Part shown: positions 8,867 through 20,521 of the stretch, piece by piece | Layout of the letters: each line of letters opens with the position of its first letter | Numbering within the stretch: the stretch's first letter is position 1 | Source of the DNA: Candidatus Latescibacterota bacterium | GTDB taxonomy: Bacteria; Latescibacterota; UBA2968; UBA8231 | Reading direction: 5' to 3' | NCBI GenBank assembly: GCA_965205655.1 | Contig: CBDBIJ010000046.1 | Span: 1-46,985, forward strand | Length of the DNA: 46,985 nucleotides | Translations under genes and position numbers: made by a program | Notes under the pieces: generated by a model | Told to the model about the DNA's origin: nothing | Seen by the model: the letters and a program-made list of their open reading frames with translations, nothing else | The model's database searches: none

Positions 8867-9319
8867 ATGAGAATTCCGACCGCAATCATGGTCGCGCTCC
8901 TCGTCAGCGGCTGTGGTGAGCGAGCAGACGAGCTCACTCCATAGGTAAAGCAGTTCGAGGCCATGGGGAAGTATCACGAGACGCTCGCTCGATACGACGG
9001 TTACCTGAATAATCCAGCCCTGGAGAGGCAAGCCCGGGATGTCAGGAAGGTGATACAGAGTTACAGGACTGACATGGAGGGCCTCGACAGCACGAAAGAC
9101 AAGTTCATCAGGGCAACCCACAACAATGTCAAGCGCGCCCTCGACCGATCCTTGAAGAAGCTGGTGGAACCGGATTTCCCAACATTCACAGTCAGCGCGA
9201 AAAAGCAGATCACAATCATCAGGGAGGCGGTGGAGAATCACCTGGGCAATTTGGAGCGGCTGTGGGAGAAGGCTGGCAAGACAGAGCCTTTCCCGTTGAA
9301 ATGGTCAGGATCGGATTGA
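8867..9319 (+). CDS. Putative lipoprotein (~150 aa) interrupted by in-frame TAG at 8942-8944
   Basis: RBS GGAGG; MRIPTAIMVALLVSGC lipobox; ...ELTP-TAG-VKQFEAMGKYH... continues in the same frame into ORF 8963..9319. Confidence 0.7.
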
Positions 9320-9334
9320 GAGCGGGAGAGCGAA

Positions 9335-9589
9335 GTGCTCAAGATCGCCCTGCTACTCATTCTCGCCCTGGTTGGATTTCAGATTGCCAGATTGGTTGGG
9401 CTGGCCCGGCCGAAAGGTCACGCGAAGTCCGAATCGGGGCGGGGGCCTTTCGGTCGATCGGGCTCTGGAGGCCGCGCCCGCGGAGGCGATATCATCGACG
9501 CCGACTTCGAGGAGATCCCCGATTTCGGAGACAACCCGGGGGATGGCGGCGCAAAAGATGTCGCGGACGGGAGGAAGGTCGATGAGTAA
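9335..9589 (+). CDS. Small hypothetical membrane-anchored protein
   Basis: N-terminal hydrophobic helix, Gly/Arg linker, IIDADFEEI acidic motif; stop overlaps the holA start region. Confidence 0.6.
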   Translation: MLKIALLLILALVGFQIARLVGLARPKGHAKSESGRGPFGRSGSGGRARGGDIIDADFEEIPDFGDNPGDGGAKDVADGRKVDE

Positions 9590-10680
9590 AGCGGCCGGCG
9601 GGACGAGAAAACGCTCCAGCCGCGGCAGCGCCGAAAGCCTGCGACGGAGCGTGAAGGACGGTGAGCGACATCCGTACTACATCCTCCACGGCGCCGAGGG
9701 ATTCGAACGGGATGCAACGTGTTCGTGGCTGGCGCAGAGGGTTGGGCCTGAAACCGCCGCGGATTTCAATCTCGACATCTTTCACGGAGACAGCCTCGAC
9801 CCGCGACGGGTTGTCGATGTATACCAGTCGTATCCCGTCATGGCGTCGCAGCGTCTGCTGATCCTGAAGAGTTGCGAAAAACTGGCGGCAGACAAGTGCC
9901 GGTCGCTCGAGGAAATCGTGAAGGTTCCGGCGGAGACGAGCGTCGTCATCGCGGTGGGAGAGAAGATAGACCTGAGAAGGAGCCTGTGGCGCGGCATGTC
10001 ACAGGTCGGTTGTTCGGTTGAATTCAAACCACCGTATGACAATCAGCTGCCCGCGTGGATCTCTCGGTACGCGAGGCGTCAGGGGATCGAGCTCGAGGCC
10101 GATGCCATCGAGCTGCTACGTGTTTACGTGGGATCCAATCTGCGCGAACTCGCCAGCGAGATTGAGAAGCTGAAGGTATACAAGAGCCATCCCGAGGGAC
10201 GTGCCGAATCGACGGGCCCGATTTCACGGCGCGTTGTCGAGGAGCTCGTCGGCCTTTCACGCCAGTCGAGCATATTCGCCCTGACCGACGCGGTCGGTCA
10301 AGGCGACAGGAATCGAGCTGTTGAGTTGACGCACGCTCTGCTGGGTCGGGGAGAGGAACCGATTCGGATAGTGGCCATGCTCAACCGGCACCTGCAGCTG
10401 TTGCTGAGGGCCAAGTCGCTGGAATCAGAACACCCTTCGCGAGCGGAAATGGCCAAACACCTCGGCGTTGCCCCCTTTCTTCCTTCAAGCGTATCTCGAT
10501 CAGGCCAACGTGTCGTCGTCAAAAGCTCTTTGGGACAAATTGAGCGCAGCTCTCGCGGCCGACGCCAGCATAAAGTCACGCGGGCGCTCGCAGCAGCGCC
10601 TCATCCTCGACATTTGCCTCAGTGATCTGGCTTCTGCGGGTAAGCCTCGCGAGGGCGAGGATGGCCGCGAGCCCAACTGA
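9582..10680 (+). CDS. holA: DNA polymerase III delta subunit; frameshift at ~10477
   Basis: YILHGAEGF, DFN, YPVMASQRL, LASEIEKL, IFALTDAV. Removing one T in CCCTTTCTT gives GVAPFFLQAYLDQA...ADASIKS, the usual HolA C-terminus. Confidence 0.9.
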
Positions 10681-10683
10681 GGG

Positions 10684-10713
10684 TTGACACGGATCTACCC
10701 CTGGTTATATTAT
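10684..10713 (+). promoter_or_regulatory. sigma-70-type promoter upstream of trxA
   Basis: TTGACA at 10684 followed by TATATT (16-nt spacer) or TATTAT (18-nt spacer). Confidence 0.55.
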
Positions 10714-10813
10714 CGCAATGGGCTAACCACCTGATATCCTTTCAGTTATCGATGCTAGTAGCAGTTGACGCATCCCTCCAGCTGTGGCGTGTACGTGGGG
10801 ACCGGCGAGAAGA

Positions 10814-11143
10814 ATGAGCGAACCGATTACCGTTACGGATGACAACTTCGCCTTGGAAGTTCTGGGTGCACGGACGCCTGTTCTCGTCGATTTTTGGGCC
10901 GCGTGGTGCGGGCCCTGCCGCATGGTGGCTCCGATAGTAGAGGAGCTGGTGGGGGAGTACGACGGTCGCGCCAAGATCTGCAAGCTAGACGTGGACGCGG
11001 CGCAAAAGACCGCTGGCGAGTACGGCATTCGAAGTATCCCGACGCTGCTCATCTTTGACGGGGGAAAGGTTGCCGATCAGGTCATCGGTGCGGTACCGAA
11101 GACCCAGATAACCGACAAGCTGGATGCCGTGTTGACGAATTGA
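10814..11143 (+). CDS. trxA: Thioredoxin
   Basis: VLVDFWAAWCGPC active site; YGIRSIPTL. Confidence 0.97.
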   Translation: MSEPITVTDDNFALEVLGARTPVLVDFWAAWCGPCRMVAPIVEELVGEYDGRAKICKLDVDAAQKTAGEYGIRSIPTLLIFDGGKVADQVIGAVPKTQITDKLDAVLTN

Positions 11144-11316
11144 TTCTCCGCTCCTACGCATCCAACCGACGAACATCGCGAATGGACGAAGGCGGCTCTT
11201 TCACAAAGGAGGGGTCGTTTTCTGTTTTGGCGATTGACGCACGCGGGCTGGCACTGTTCGGCACCCAAGTGGCATTCAGACTGTCCTCGTCGATCCCGTT
11301 TCGGTAGCTGAACGAC

Positions 11317-12049
11317 ATGCCCGGTGACCCTTTTTGGTCCAACGTGTTCCGCAGAGGCCCCCGTCAGGAAAACGAGCTCTACGACCTGCTCGGCAAAGTG
11401 CCAATCTTCGCGGATCTGAGCCGCAGAGAATTCGAGAAGATCGAGGGCATCCTCCACCGGCGAAACTACGGCGTCGACGAGTATATCGTGAAGGAAGGGG
11501 ACATGGGGGTAGGAATGTATGTCGTACTCTCGGGAGAGGTGGATATCGTCCAGAAAAGCGATACCGGGGAGGTTACTCTTGCGACCTTCGGCCCCGGGGA
11601 CTTCTTCGGCGACCAGGCACTCCTCGAGGAATCACCGCGAACCGCTTCCGCCATTGCCAGAGAGTCGTGCCGGACCGTCGGGTTCTTCAGGCCGGATCTG
11701 CTGGAGCTCATCGAGCGCAACCCACATCTGGGTCTCAAAATCATCATGCGGCTTTCCCAGATGATTTCAGTTCGTCTCAGACAGACCAATCGCCTCCTCA
11801 AGGATGCCCGCGATAGGGCCACTGAGATGGAACGAAAGCACCGGGAGGCCGTTGGAAAAAGCGCAGGCCGACGCTGCGACTGCAGCGGCCGAAGCAGGGC
11901 TCACTTCCACCGACTCAGCCGCTTCGACAGAGCCTGACTCCGCTTCTGGCAAACCGGGCGCCTCTAGGGAATCGGGCGCTTCGGTGAGGAAGAGCGTGGA
12001 CACCTCATCGGAGACGATCCGCGTCGCGCCCTCTGCGGGACAAGCATAG
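11317..12049 (+). CDS. Cyclic-nucleotide-binding domain protein with low-complexity tail; frameshift near 11850
   Basis: IVKEGD, MYVVLSGEV, GDFFGDQALL..PRTASA cNMP-binding motifs; no HTH. Tail likely continues LEKAQADAATAAAEA... to TAG 12049. Confidence 0.8.
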
Positions 12050-12118
12050 ACGGTCGAGAGACAGCTCTCGCCGCCGCGAGTCGATTGCCCCGCCGCGTCG
12101 TTTGACGAGGTTCGAAAA

Positions 12119-13571
12119 GTGGAACACCAAGCCCCTTCCATTTTCGGCCAGACATGGCTCAAGACGATACTCATCATCGTCGCGATCGTGGTCCTGGCAT
12201 GGTTCATTTTCACCGTCAGGGGTGTCCTCGGCCCCTTCGTTTTGGCTTTCGTTCTCGCCTATGTCCTGACTCCCCTGGTCGATCACATGGAGGGGAGAGG
12301 TCTCAACCGGACGTCTAGCATCCTCGTCATCTTCCTCGTGACACTCGGCGTCCTCGTTTTCGGCCTCATCACGCTGGGCAAGAAGCTGACGAACGAGATG
12401 GTCGACCTGTCCGTCGAGTTTCTTCGACATGGAGTCTGTGGAGAGGAACATCGTACTGATAAATCAGTCGGGCGACACGGCAACCATCGATTTCAGATAC
12501 GGTTGGACTTCATCGACCACGAATCCCTTTACCGTCACCGAGCCAGCGAAATTTCCGGTCGAGATAATTTCGGGTGATTCGATCTCCTTCACCGTGCAGT
12601 TCGCACCGTCCACACCCGAGCTCGTCTGGGGCGACATACGGCTTACTGAGACGGGCAGCGGGGACAGCAAGTTCATTCGGCTTCTGGGCAATGGCTCGTC
12701 TAGTGATCAGAGTAAGTTCGCTGCCAAGTGGGGAAGCAGCTTTAGATGGGCGGGCTTGAATCTCGCTGCGCTCGGGATGGATTTCGGCAACGCCGGACCG
12801 AACATAATCAGTCGTCTCAGCGCCAAAGCCGAGGACCTCGAACCTCTGGTGCAGCCCTATCTGGGGGAGGAAACGGATATACCGTCCCAGATCAAGAGAT
12901 ACGGCAGCGACCTGATCCAGGTTCTCCTTGGGCCGGATCTGCTGGAGGGGGTGACGACGGATGTTCTCTCCGGCGTCGCGTTGGGGATAATGCTGCTCGT
13001 CATCGTGCCGTTCGTCGCCTTCTTCTTTTTGCGGGAAGGGAGGAGAATCACGCACGCGCTAATCGAGCTCGTTCCCAACGCCTATTTCGAGATGGTCTTG
13101 AACCTCATTCATCAGATAAACGGCCAGATAGGCGGGTATATCCGCGGCCAGCTCCTGGCCGTGAGCGTCGTCGCCGGCCTTGCCGTCTTCGGCCTGACTC
13201 TTATCGGAATGCCCTATGCGTTGCCCGTGGGCGTGGTGGCGGGTCTCGCCAACATGATCCCGTATCTCGGTCCCATCATCGGCATCGTTTCCGCCTCGAT
13301 AGTCGCGCTTGCCACACAGCAGGGTATGGATATGGTCTGGCAAGTCATCATTCTCTTCGTCATTATCCAGGTCATCGACAACGTCCTCATTCAGCCACTT
13401 GTCGTAGCCAAGAGTGTCGATCTGCATCCCCTTGTCGTGCTGCTCGTCGTGATGATCGGCAGCGATCTCATGGGTATCGTCGGTATGCTTGTGGCTGTGC
13501 CCGTCACCGGCATCCTGAAAGTGAGTAGCGCTACGGTGTACGAGGGTATCAAGACATATCGTCTTCACTGA
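12119..13571 (+). CDS. AI-2E (PerM/TqsA) family transporter with inserted Ig-like extracytoplasmic domain; frameshift at ~12431
   Basis: PFVLAFVLAYVLTPLV; GYIRGQL; ANMIPYLGP; QVIDNVLIQPLVVAKSVDLHP; GMLVAVP. ORFs 12119..12577 and 12429..13571 join by deleting one base. Confidence 0.88.
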
Positions 13572-13748
13572 GCGGTGTCATCCTGCCGGCGCGTGAATGG
13601 AGCAGACTGCAGGTTGACATCCATGGAAACTAGTGCAACTTAGCATTCTAGTGCCTTCGCAACCGGGATATCCGGATAAACGCCACTGCTAGATGGTCCG
13701 GGCCCGTCACCTCGGGCTCTGTTGATACAGAAGGGAGTAATCCTTGGG

Positions 13749-14684
13749 ATGTCACTCACACTGAACAATTCGTTGATCTCCTCAGTAGCAGAAAGGATCG
13801 CCAACGCCAGAAAGCTGTATGGCTCAGACAGCTCCTACATAATCGGTGTTTTTGCCGGTCTCGACTGGCTGCTGGAAAATGGCGACTCAGAATCGGCGCG
13901 GCGCCAGCTCCACGAGCGAGTTCTGGAAATCGAGAGCGGCAAAGCGCCGGCTGCCCCGAAACCACCGGTGGAGACGAAAGCTCGAGCTGCCGATGGAGCG
14001 GACTTGGCCGAAAACACCTGGATTCGGGGAGCGGTGAAGTGGTTCAACAACGACAAGGGATACGGGTTTATCTCTACTGACAGCGACACCGACGTTTTCG
14101 TCCACTGGCGTGACATTACCTCGTGGGACCGAAGTCTGGGACAGGGCGACGAGGTGGAATTCATGGTGACGAGGACAGCCAAGGGGTACCAGGCGATCAA
14201 CGTGATGAAGTCGGACAAGCAATCTCAGTCGACGGAAGATGATCTCGAACAGCGACGCAGTCAGATCAGCGGCGCCTTCAGCGCCGGTCCCGGACCTTCG
14301 GCGGTCGCCGCCGAGTCGGACCGCTCATCGCAGGAGGCGGGCGACGCCGAGGTGGAGGACGCCAAGGGCGCTCTCAATCCTGGCCAGGGTGACGGAGCAG
14401 CCGATACACAGAGTGTGACCACGGAGGGCGATGGCGTCGTGGACGCGGATCGCGTAGAAGAGGATCGCCCGGACTCTTCTCCCGAAGAAGGCGACACCGA
14501 TACCACGCCTTCGGAGACGGTCGACAACTCGACATCATTCTCAGAGGAGTCGGCGTCAGAGGAGTCTGTCGGCGGGGAGCAGCACCCGCAAACAGCGGAA
14601 GTGGAGAGCGACGATTCGTCCTCCGGCTCGGGAGAGGCGCCGTCGGGCGATGGACTCGATCAGGACAATGCGCGGACGGTGTAA
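13749..14684 (+). CDS. Cold-shock-domain protein with N-terminal helical domain and long acidic tail
   Basis: GAVKWFNNDKGYGFI...DVFVHW...GDEVEF...KGYQAINV (RNP1/RNP2 of the CSD). Confidence 0.85.
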   Translation: MSLTLNNSLISSVAERIANARKLYGSDSSYIIGVFAGLDWLLENGDSESARRQLHERVLEIESGKAPAAPKPPVETKARAADGADLAENTWIRGAVKWFNNDKGYGFISTDSDTDVFVHWRDITSWDRSLGQGDEVEFMVTRTAKGYQAINVMKSDKQSQSTEDDLEQRRSQISGAFSAGPGPSAVAAESDRSSQEAGDAEVEDAKGALNPGQGDGAADTQSVTTEGDGVVDADRVEEDRPDSSPEEGDTDTTPSETVDNSTSFSEESASEESVGGEQHPQTAEVESDDSSSGSGEAPSGDGLDQDNARTV

Positions 14685-14702
14685 GGCCGCTGAAGACTTT
14701 CG

Positions 14703-15932
14703 ATGCTCAAGAAACCGAGAAGTACTGTCAGCTGCTCGTTCTGCGGCCAAGGCGTCGGTCAGGTGGAGAAGATCATCACCGGACCGTCCGTGCACATCTG
14801 CAATGAGTGTATCGGCCTGTGCAATGAAGTGCTCGACGAGGAGATCCAGCAGGAGCCCAGTCTCAACGGCCAACCGCTGCCCAAGCCAGCAGAGATCAAG
14901 ACCCACCTCGACGAACACATCATAGGGCAGGAGCGCGCCAAGAAAGCGCTGTCAGTCGCCGTTTACAACCACTACAAGCGGGTGTATTCTGGCACCTCGG
15001 ACGTCGAGCTTTCGAAGAGCAACATCCTGCTCCTTGGCCCTACGGGAACAGGGAAGACTCTGCTCGCCGAGACCCTGGCGAGGATTCTTCAGGTCCCTTT
15101 CGCCATCGTCGATGCCACGGTTTTGACTGAGGCTGGGTATGTCGGAGAGGACGTCGAGAACATCCTCGTGCGAATCCTGCAGGCGGCTGATTATGATGTG
15201 AGCCAGGCGGAACGCGGCATCCTCTTTCTCGACGAGGTGGACAAGATCGCCAGGAAATCCGGGAACCCCTCGATAACCAGAGATGTATCTGGCGAAGGGG
15301 TGCAGCAGGAACTCCTGAAGATACTCGAGGGAACTGTTTCGGGAGTGCCACCAAAGGGAGGCCGCAAACATCCAGAACAGCCGCTCGTGCAGATCAACAC
15401 GAAGAACATTCTTTTCATTTGCGGTGGCGCCTTCGACGGCCTCAGCCAGACTATCTCCGCGCGCATCGGCCGCCGCGCCATGGGATTCGGCGCCCATCTG
15501 GACGGCGATGACGAGATGGATGTGGGGGTCGTCCTTTCGAAGGTCGAACCGGAAGATCTCATATACTACGGTCTGATCCCCGAGCTCATCGGCCGTCTGC
15601 CCGTCGTCAGCACGTTGCATCCACTCAGCGACACGGCGCTGCTGGACATTCTCGTCAAGCCCAAGAATGCACTCATACGGCAATATCAGAAGCTCTTCGA
15701 GATGGATGGCATTTCCCTCAAATTCGAAGAAGAAGCGCTCTCGAAGGTCGTCAACTTGTCGCAGGAGAAAGCCCTGGGCGCGCGCGGGCTGCGGGCAGTG
15801 CTGGAGACGGCTATGTTCGAAATCATGTACGAGCTGCCGTCAAGGAATGACGTAAAGGAGTGCATCATCACCGCGGAGTTCATCGACGCGAAAGGCCCGC
15901 CAACCTTCATCTACAAGAAAAAGCGGGCGTGA
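14703..15932 (+). CDS. clpX: ATP-dependent Clp protease ATP-binding subunit ClpX
   Basis: CSFC..CNEC zinc-binding domain, [32 protein letters not shown] loop, GARGLR. Confidence 0.98.
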   Translation: MLKKPRSTVSCSFCGQGVGQVEKIITGPSVHICNECIGLCNEVLDEEIQQEPSLNGQPLPKPAEIKTHLDEHIIGQERAKKALSVAVYNHYKRVYSGTSDVELSKSNILLLGPTGTGKTLLAETLARILQVPFAIVDATVLTEAGYVGEDVENILVRILQAADYDVSQAERGILFLDEVDKIARKSGNPSITRDVSGEGVQQELLKILEGTVSGVPPKGGRKHPEQPLVQINTKNILFICGGAFDGLSQTISARIGRRAMGFGAHLDGDDEMDVGVVLSKVEPEDLIYYGLIPELIGRLPVVSTLHPLSDTALLDILVKPKNALIRQYQKLFEMDGISLKFEEEALSKVVNLSQEKALGARGLRAVLETAMFEIMYELPSRNDVKECIITAEFIDAKGPPTFIYKKKRA

Positions 15933-16965
15933 TTCCCACCTCCGCGCGGGCTGAGACCGCCTCCGCGGCGCGAATTCGGAATCTTACAAAGAGAAGCGAA
16001 ATCCTGATATTGGTTCGCGAGTTCTTTGCTCGCCAGGGTTTTGTAGAAGTAGAGACGCCCGCGCTCGTAAACGCCCCCAGTCAAGAAGCGCATATTTCGT
16101 CGTTTGAGACGGTCTTTCACGGGCCCTGTGGAGGACAATCGACCAGGCATCTCATCACCTCTCCAGAGCACCACATGAAATTCCTCGTCGCTGCCGGTCT
16201 CGACAAAATTTATCAGATCTGCCGCTGCTTTCGGGATGGTGACCGAACTCCCGTCCACAATCCCGAGTTCACGATGGTGGAATGGTATAGAGCACACGCC
16301 GACTACACCCAGATCTCCGAAGACGTGGAGAGCCTCACGGCGGCAGTCACTGGCGCGCTGCTCGGCGATACGACGATATCCTACCGAGGCCGTCGGATCG
16401 ACTTGGAGCCACCATGGCGCCGCATGTCGGTTCGAGATACCTTCCTACAGTTCGCCGGCCTCGACATCGATGAATGCGCGGATACATCTTCTCTGAGACG
16501 ATGCGCTCGCGCGGCCGGCTGCAGAAGCCTGCGAGAGACAGATACGTGGGAGGCAGGCTTCTATAAGGTATTCATAGAGAGAGTCGATCCCAGATTGAGT
16601 GAACTCGGTGCCGTTCTGCTCACAGACTTTCCAGCGCCCCTCGCGTCGCTGTCGAAACTGAACGAGAGCAACCCGAGCGTCGCCGAACGCGTCGAGGCTT
16701 ATGTCGGGGGGCTTGAACTGGCAAATGGTTTCACCGAGCTGACAGACCCCCGAGAGCAGCGCCGCCGCTTTATGGCCCAGCGCGAGCAACGGCGCCGGCA
16801 GGGCGAGCTAGCCCCAACGCTGGACGAATCGTTCCTGCAGATGCTCGGCAGGGGGATGCCCCCCGCCGGGGGGATGGCGCTCGGTCTGGACCGGCTCGTC
16901 ATGCTCTTGACAGGCTCGGTCAACATCGGGGACGTGCTGGCCTTTCCCTTTGATGGGGAGTGTCG

Positions 16966-16969
<4 letters not shown>
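15929..16969 (+). CDS. epmA: EF-P lysine aminoacylase EpmA (GenX/PoxA)
   Basis: Catalytic-domain-only LysRS paralog: [51 protein letters not shown] overlap with clpX. Confidence 0.92.
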
Positions 16970-17853
<884 letters not shown>

Positions 17854-17874
17854 CGGGGAAGTCGACGACCTCGA

Positions 17875-18489
17875 CTATTGAGTCACTTCGGTCTGAGCGA
17901 CGAGGTCGTGCGATGATTCGAAGACGCCGTCGATGAGGCCGAACTCCTCTGCCTCCAGAGGCGAGAGAAAATAGCTGCGCTCCGTCACCTCGTCGATCCG
18001 CTCCTGAGACTGACCTGTTTCATCCACGAGAATGCCGTTGAGACGCTCCCGCCACTCCATGATTTCCCGCGCGTGGATCTCGACATCAGTAGCCTGGCCT
18101 CCGATGCCTCCCCATGGCTGATGAAGCATGATACGTGAGTGGGGGAGAGCGTGCCTCTTTCCTTTTGAGCCTCCCGCGAGCAGAATAGCACTCATGCTGT
18201 AGGCCTGACCAATGCACAGGGTGGCCACGTCGCAGGGGACGTGCTGCATGGTGTCGTAAATGGCGAGGCCGGATGTTATGTGGCCTCCCGGACTGTTGAT
18301 GTAAAGTGATATGTCTTTCTTGGGGTCCTCTGACGCCAGAAACAGGATCTGGGCGATGACGAGGTTTGCCTCGCTATCGTCGATGGGCATTCCCAAAAAG
18401 ACGATGCGCTCTTTCAGGAGCCTCGAGTAAATATCGTAGGCCCTCTCACCTCGTCCGGTCTGCTCGATGACGACTGGTATGACGGGCAT
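17875..18489 (-). CDS. clpP: Clp protease proteolytic subunit (catalytic Asp position is Ser)
   Basis: [32 protein letters not shown] (Ser), MLHQP (His), TERSYFLS instead of ERDxF. Confidence 0.95.
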   Translation of the reverse strand: MPVIPVVIEQTGRGERAYDIYSRLLKERIVFLGMPIDDSEANLVIAQILFLASEDPKKDISLYINSPGGHITSGLAIYDTMQHVPCDVATLCIGQAYSMSAILLAGGSKGKRHALPHSRIMLHQPWGGIGGQATDVEIHAREIMEWRERLNGILVDETGQSQERIDEVTERSYFLSPLEAEEFGLIDGVFESSHDLVAQTEVTQ

Positions 18490-18496
18490 GGTTCAG

Positions 18497-18525
18497 AGGA
18501 TAGGATGCCTGGGTGTGGCTGTCAA
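18497..18525 (-). promoter_or_regulatory. sigma-70 promoter of clpP, probably producing a leaderless mRNA
   Basis: TTGACA-17 nt-TATCCT-7 nt-ATG; no Shine-Dalgarno. Confidence 0.65.
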
Positions 18526-18638
18526 CGGCGCACGCAGCGCGCTCCTCGTTGACACCACTTGGGCGCCGCTATTACTTTCTCTGAGTCGAAATCGAAACAT
18601 CGCAATCGGTGCGATGGCAGCGCTACTCAGGGGATGAC

Positions 18639-19658
18639 ATGCCGAAACAATTCGAATTTCCCAAATCCCAGGTTCCGGCCCTCAAGCTGAGTCCTAGGAC
18701 CATCTACGTCGTCATAATCGCTTTTTTCGCCCTGTGGCTGCTGGACGGGGTCTACACGATCGCTCCGGACGAGCAAGGGGTCGTTCTCCGGTTTGGGAAG
18801 CTGCACGCGGTTGTCGATCCCGGATTGCACTACCACCTACCGAAGCCCATCGAGACCGTTATCATCGAATCAGTAACGAAGGTGTACCGGGAAGAGATTG
18901 GATTTCGCACCATCGACCCGGGACCGCCTGCCAGGTACAGCCGGCGGCCTCACGAGTCTCAAATGCTCACCGGGGACGAAAACATCGTCAATGTGGAAAT
19001 GGTTGTTCAGTATCAGGTGAGCAGCATCGTCGACGCCCTGTTCAGCGTACGGGAACTCGGCGCCTTTGAGGAAGGACGAGGCGAAGGCCTCGTTCACGAC
19101 GCTTGCGAGGCCGCCCTGCGCCAGGTCGTCGGCCGGCACGGCATCGATGAAGCGCTCACCGAAGGAAAGCTGAAGATCCAGACGGAGATCAAAGAGAAGC
19201 TTCAGGAGTCGTTCACAAAGTACAAGTGCGGTCTCGCAGTCCAGTCCGTCCAGCTGCAGACGGTGGGCCCGCCGGAGCAGGTCGACGCCGCCTTCAAGGA
19301 TGTGGCCAGCGCCAAGGAGGACAGGGAGAGATTGGTGAACGAGGCGCGGGGATATCAAAATGATATCATTCCAAAAGCTCGCGGCGAGGCGCAGAAGATG
19401 CTCAAGGCGGCCGAAGCCTACACTGTGGAGCGCGTCCGCAGGGCGGAGGGAGATGCCAATCGCTTCCGCTCCGTCTACGCAGAATACAAGAAGGCCCCCG
19501 ACGTGACCGAAAAACGACTCTACCTGGAAACGATGGAGACGATTCTACCGCGACTCCAGAAGTATGTCATCAAGGGCGATCCGAACGGTGGGCTGATCAA
19601 TATCATCAACCTGGACCAGTTCAAGCTGCTCCAGGACAAGGACGGCAAGGGAAGGTAG
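18639..19658 (+). CDS. hflK: FtsH modulator HflK
   Basis: EQGVVLRFGK, PGLHYHLP.PIE, MLTGDENIV, AFKDVASA, IPKARGEA, APDVTEKRLYLETM. Confidence 0.95.
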   Translation: MPKQFEFPKSQVPALKLSPRTIYVVIIAFFALWLLDGVYTIAPDEQGVVLRFGKLHAVVDPGLHYHLPKPIETVIIESVTKVYREEIGFRTIDPGPPARYSRRPHESQMLTGDENIVNVEMVVQYQVSSIVDALFSVRELGAFEEGRGEGLVHDACEAALRQVVGRHGIDEALTEGKLKIQTEIKEKLQESFTKYKCGLAVQSVQLQTVGPPEQVDAAFKDVASAKEDRERLVNEARGYQNDIIPKARGEAQKMLKAAEAYTVERVRRAEGDANRFRSVYAEYKKAPDVTEKRLYLETMETILPRLQKYVIKGDPNGGLINIINLDQFKLLQDKDGKGR

Positions 19659-19660
19659 GC

Positions 19661-20521
19661 ATGCCGATGCGCTCTGCAGTGACGCTTCTCGTGGCAATCA
19701 TCGTCATCCTCTTCGGGCTCAATCTGGTCCTGTTTACTCTGAACGAGGTGCAACAGGCGGTGGTGACCCAGTTTGGCAAGCCTGTCCGCATCGTCACCGA
19801 ACCAGGCCTCCAGTTCAAGCTGCCGGACCCGATACAGAGAGTCACCATCTTCGACAAGCGGCTGTTGGACTACGATTCCAACCCGGACCCCATATACACG
19901 AAGGACAAGAAGATCCTTCTCCTCGACAACTACGCACGCTGGCGCATCATCGATCCGCTGCGCTTCATGGAGGCGCTTCGCAGCGAGGGGGAGGCGCTTG
20001 CGCGTCTCGACGATATCATTTACTCCGAGTTGCGAAAGGAGTTGGGCCAGCACGAGCTCCACGAGGTGATCGCCGAGAGTCGAGAGACGATCATGCGGGA
20101 GGTTACCGAGCGCTGTGCAGAGGCGGCGAGAGTCTACGGGATAGAAATCCTCGACGTGCGGGTGAAACGGGCGGATCTTCCACCTGAAAATGAAACCGCC
20201 GTATTCAGCCGCATGCGGGCGGAGCGGGAGAGAGAGGCGAAGGCGTATCGGGCCGAGGGTGAGGAGCAGGCTCTCACCATACGGGCCGAGACCGACCTGG
20301 CGGCCTCCAAGATTAACGCGCAGGCATACGAGACGGCTCAAGGCATTCGCGGCGAAGGGGACGCGGAGGCGTTGCGGATCTACGCTTCGGCCTACACGGG
20401 TGCCACTGAGTTTTACCAGTTCACGCGCACCCTGGAAGCGTACGAAAAGGCACTCGACGAGAACACGGTCCTCGTGCAGCCCCTCGACACCGAGTTTTTC
20501 AGATTTCTCCAGGGGAAGTGA
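19661..20521 (+). CDS. hflC: FtsH modulator HflC
   Basis: QFGKP, PGLQFKLP, FDKRL, WRIIDP, DVRVKRADLP, RMRAER, FYQFTRTLEAY. Confidence 0.95.
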   Translation: MPMRSAVTLLVAIIVILFGLNLVLFTLNEVQQAVVTQFGKPVRIVTEPGLQFKLPDPIQRVTIFDKRLLDYDSNPDPIYTKDKKILLLDNYARWRIIDPLRFMEALRSEGEALARLDDIIYSELRKELGQHELHEVIAESRETIMREVTERCAEAARVYGIEILDVRVKRADLPPENETAVFSRMRAEREREAKAYRAEGEEQALTIRAETDLAASKINAQAYETAQGIRGEGDAEALRIYASAYTGATEFYQFTRTLEAYEKALDENTVLVQPLDTEFFRFLQGK

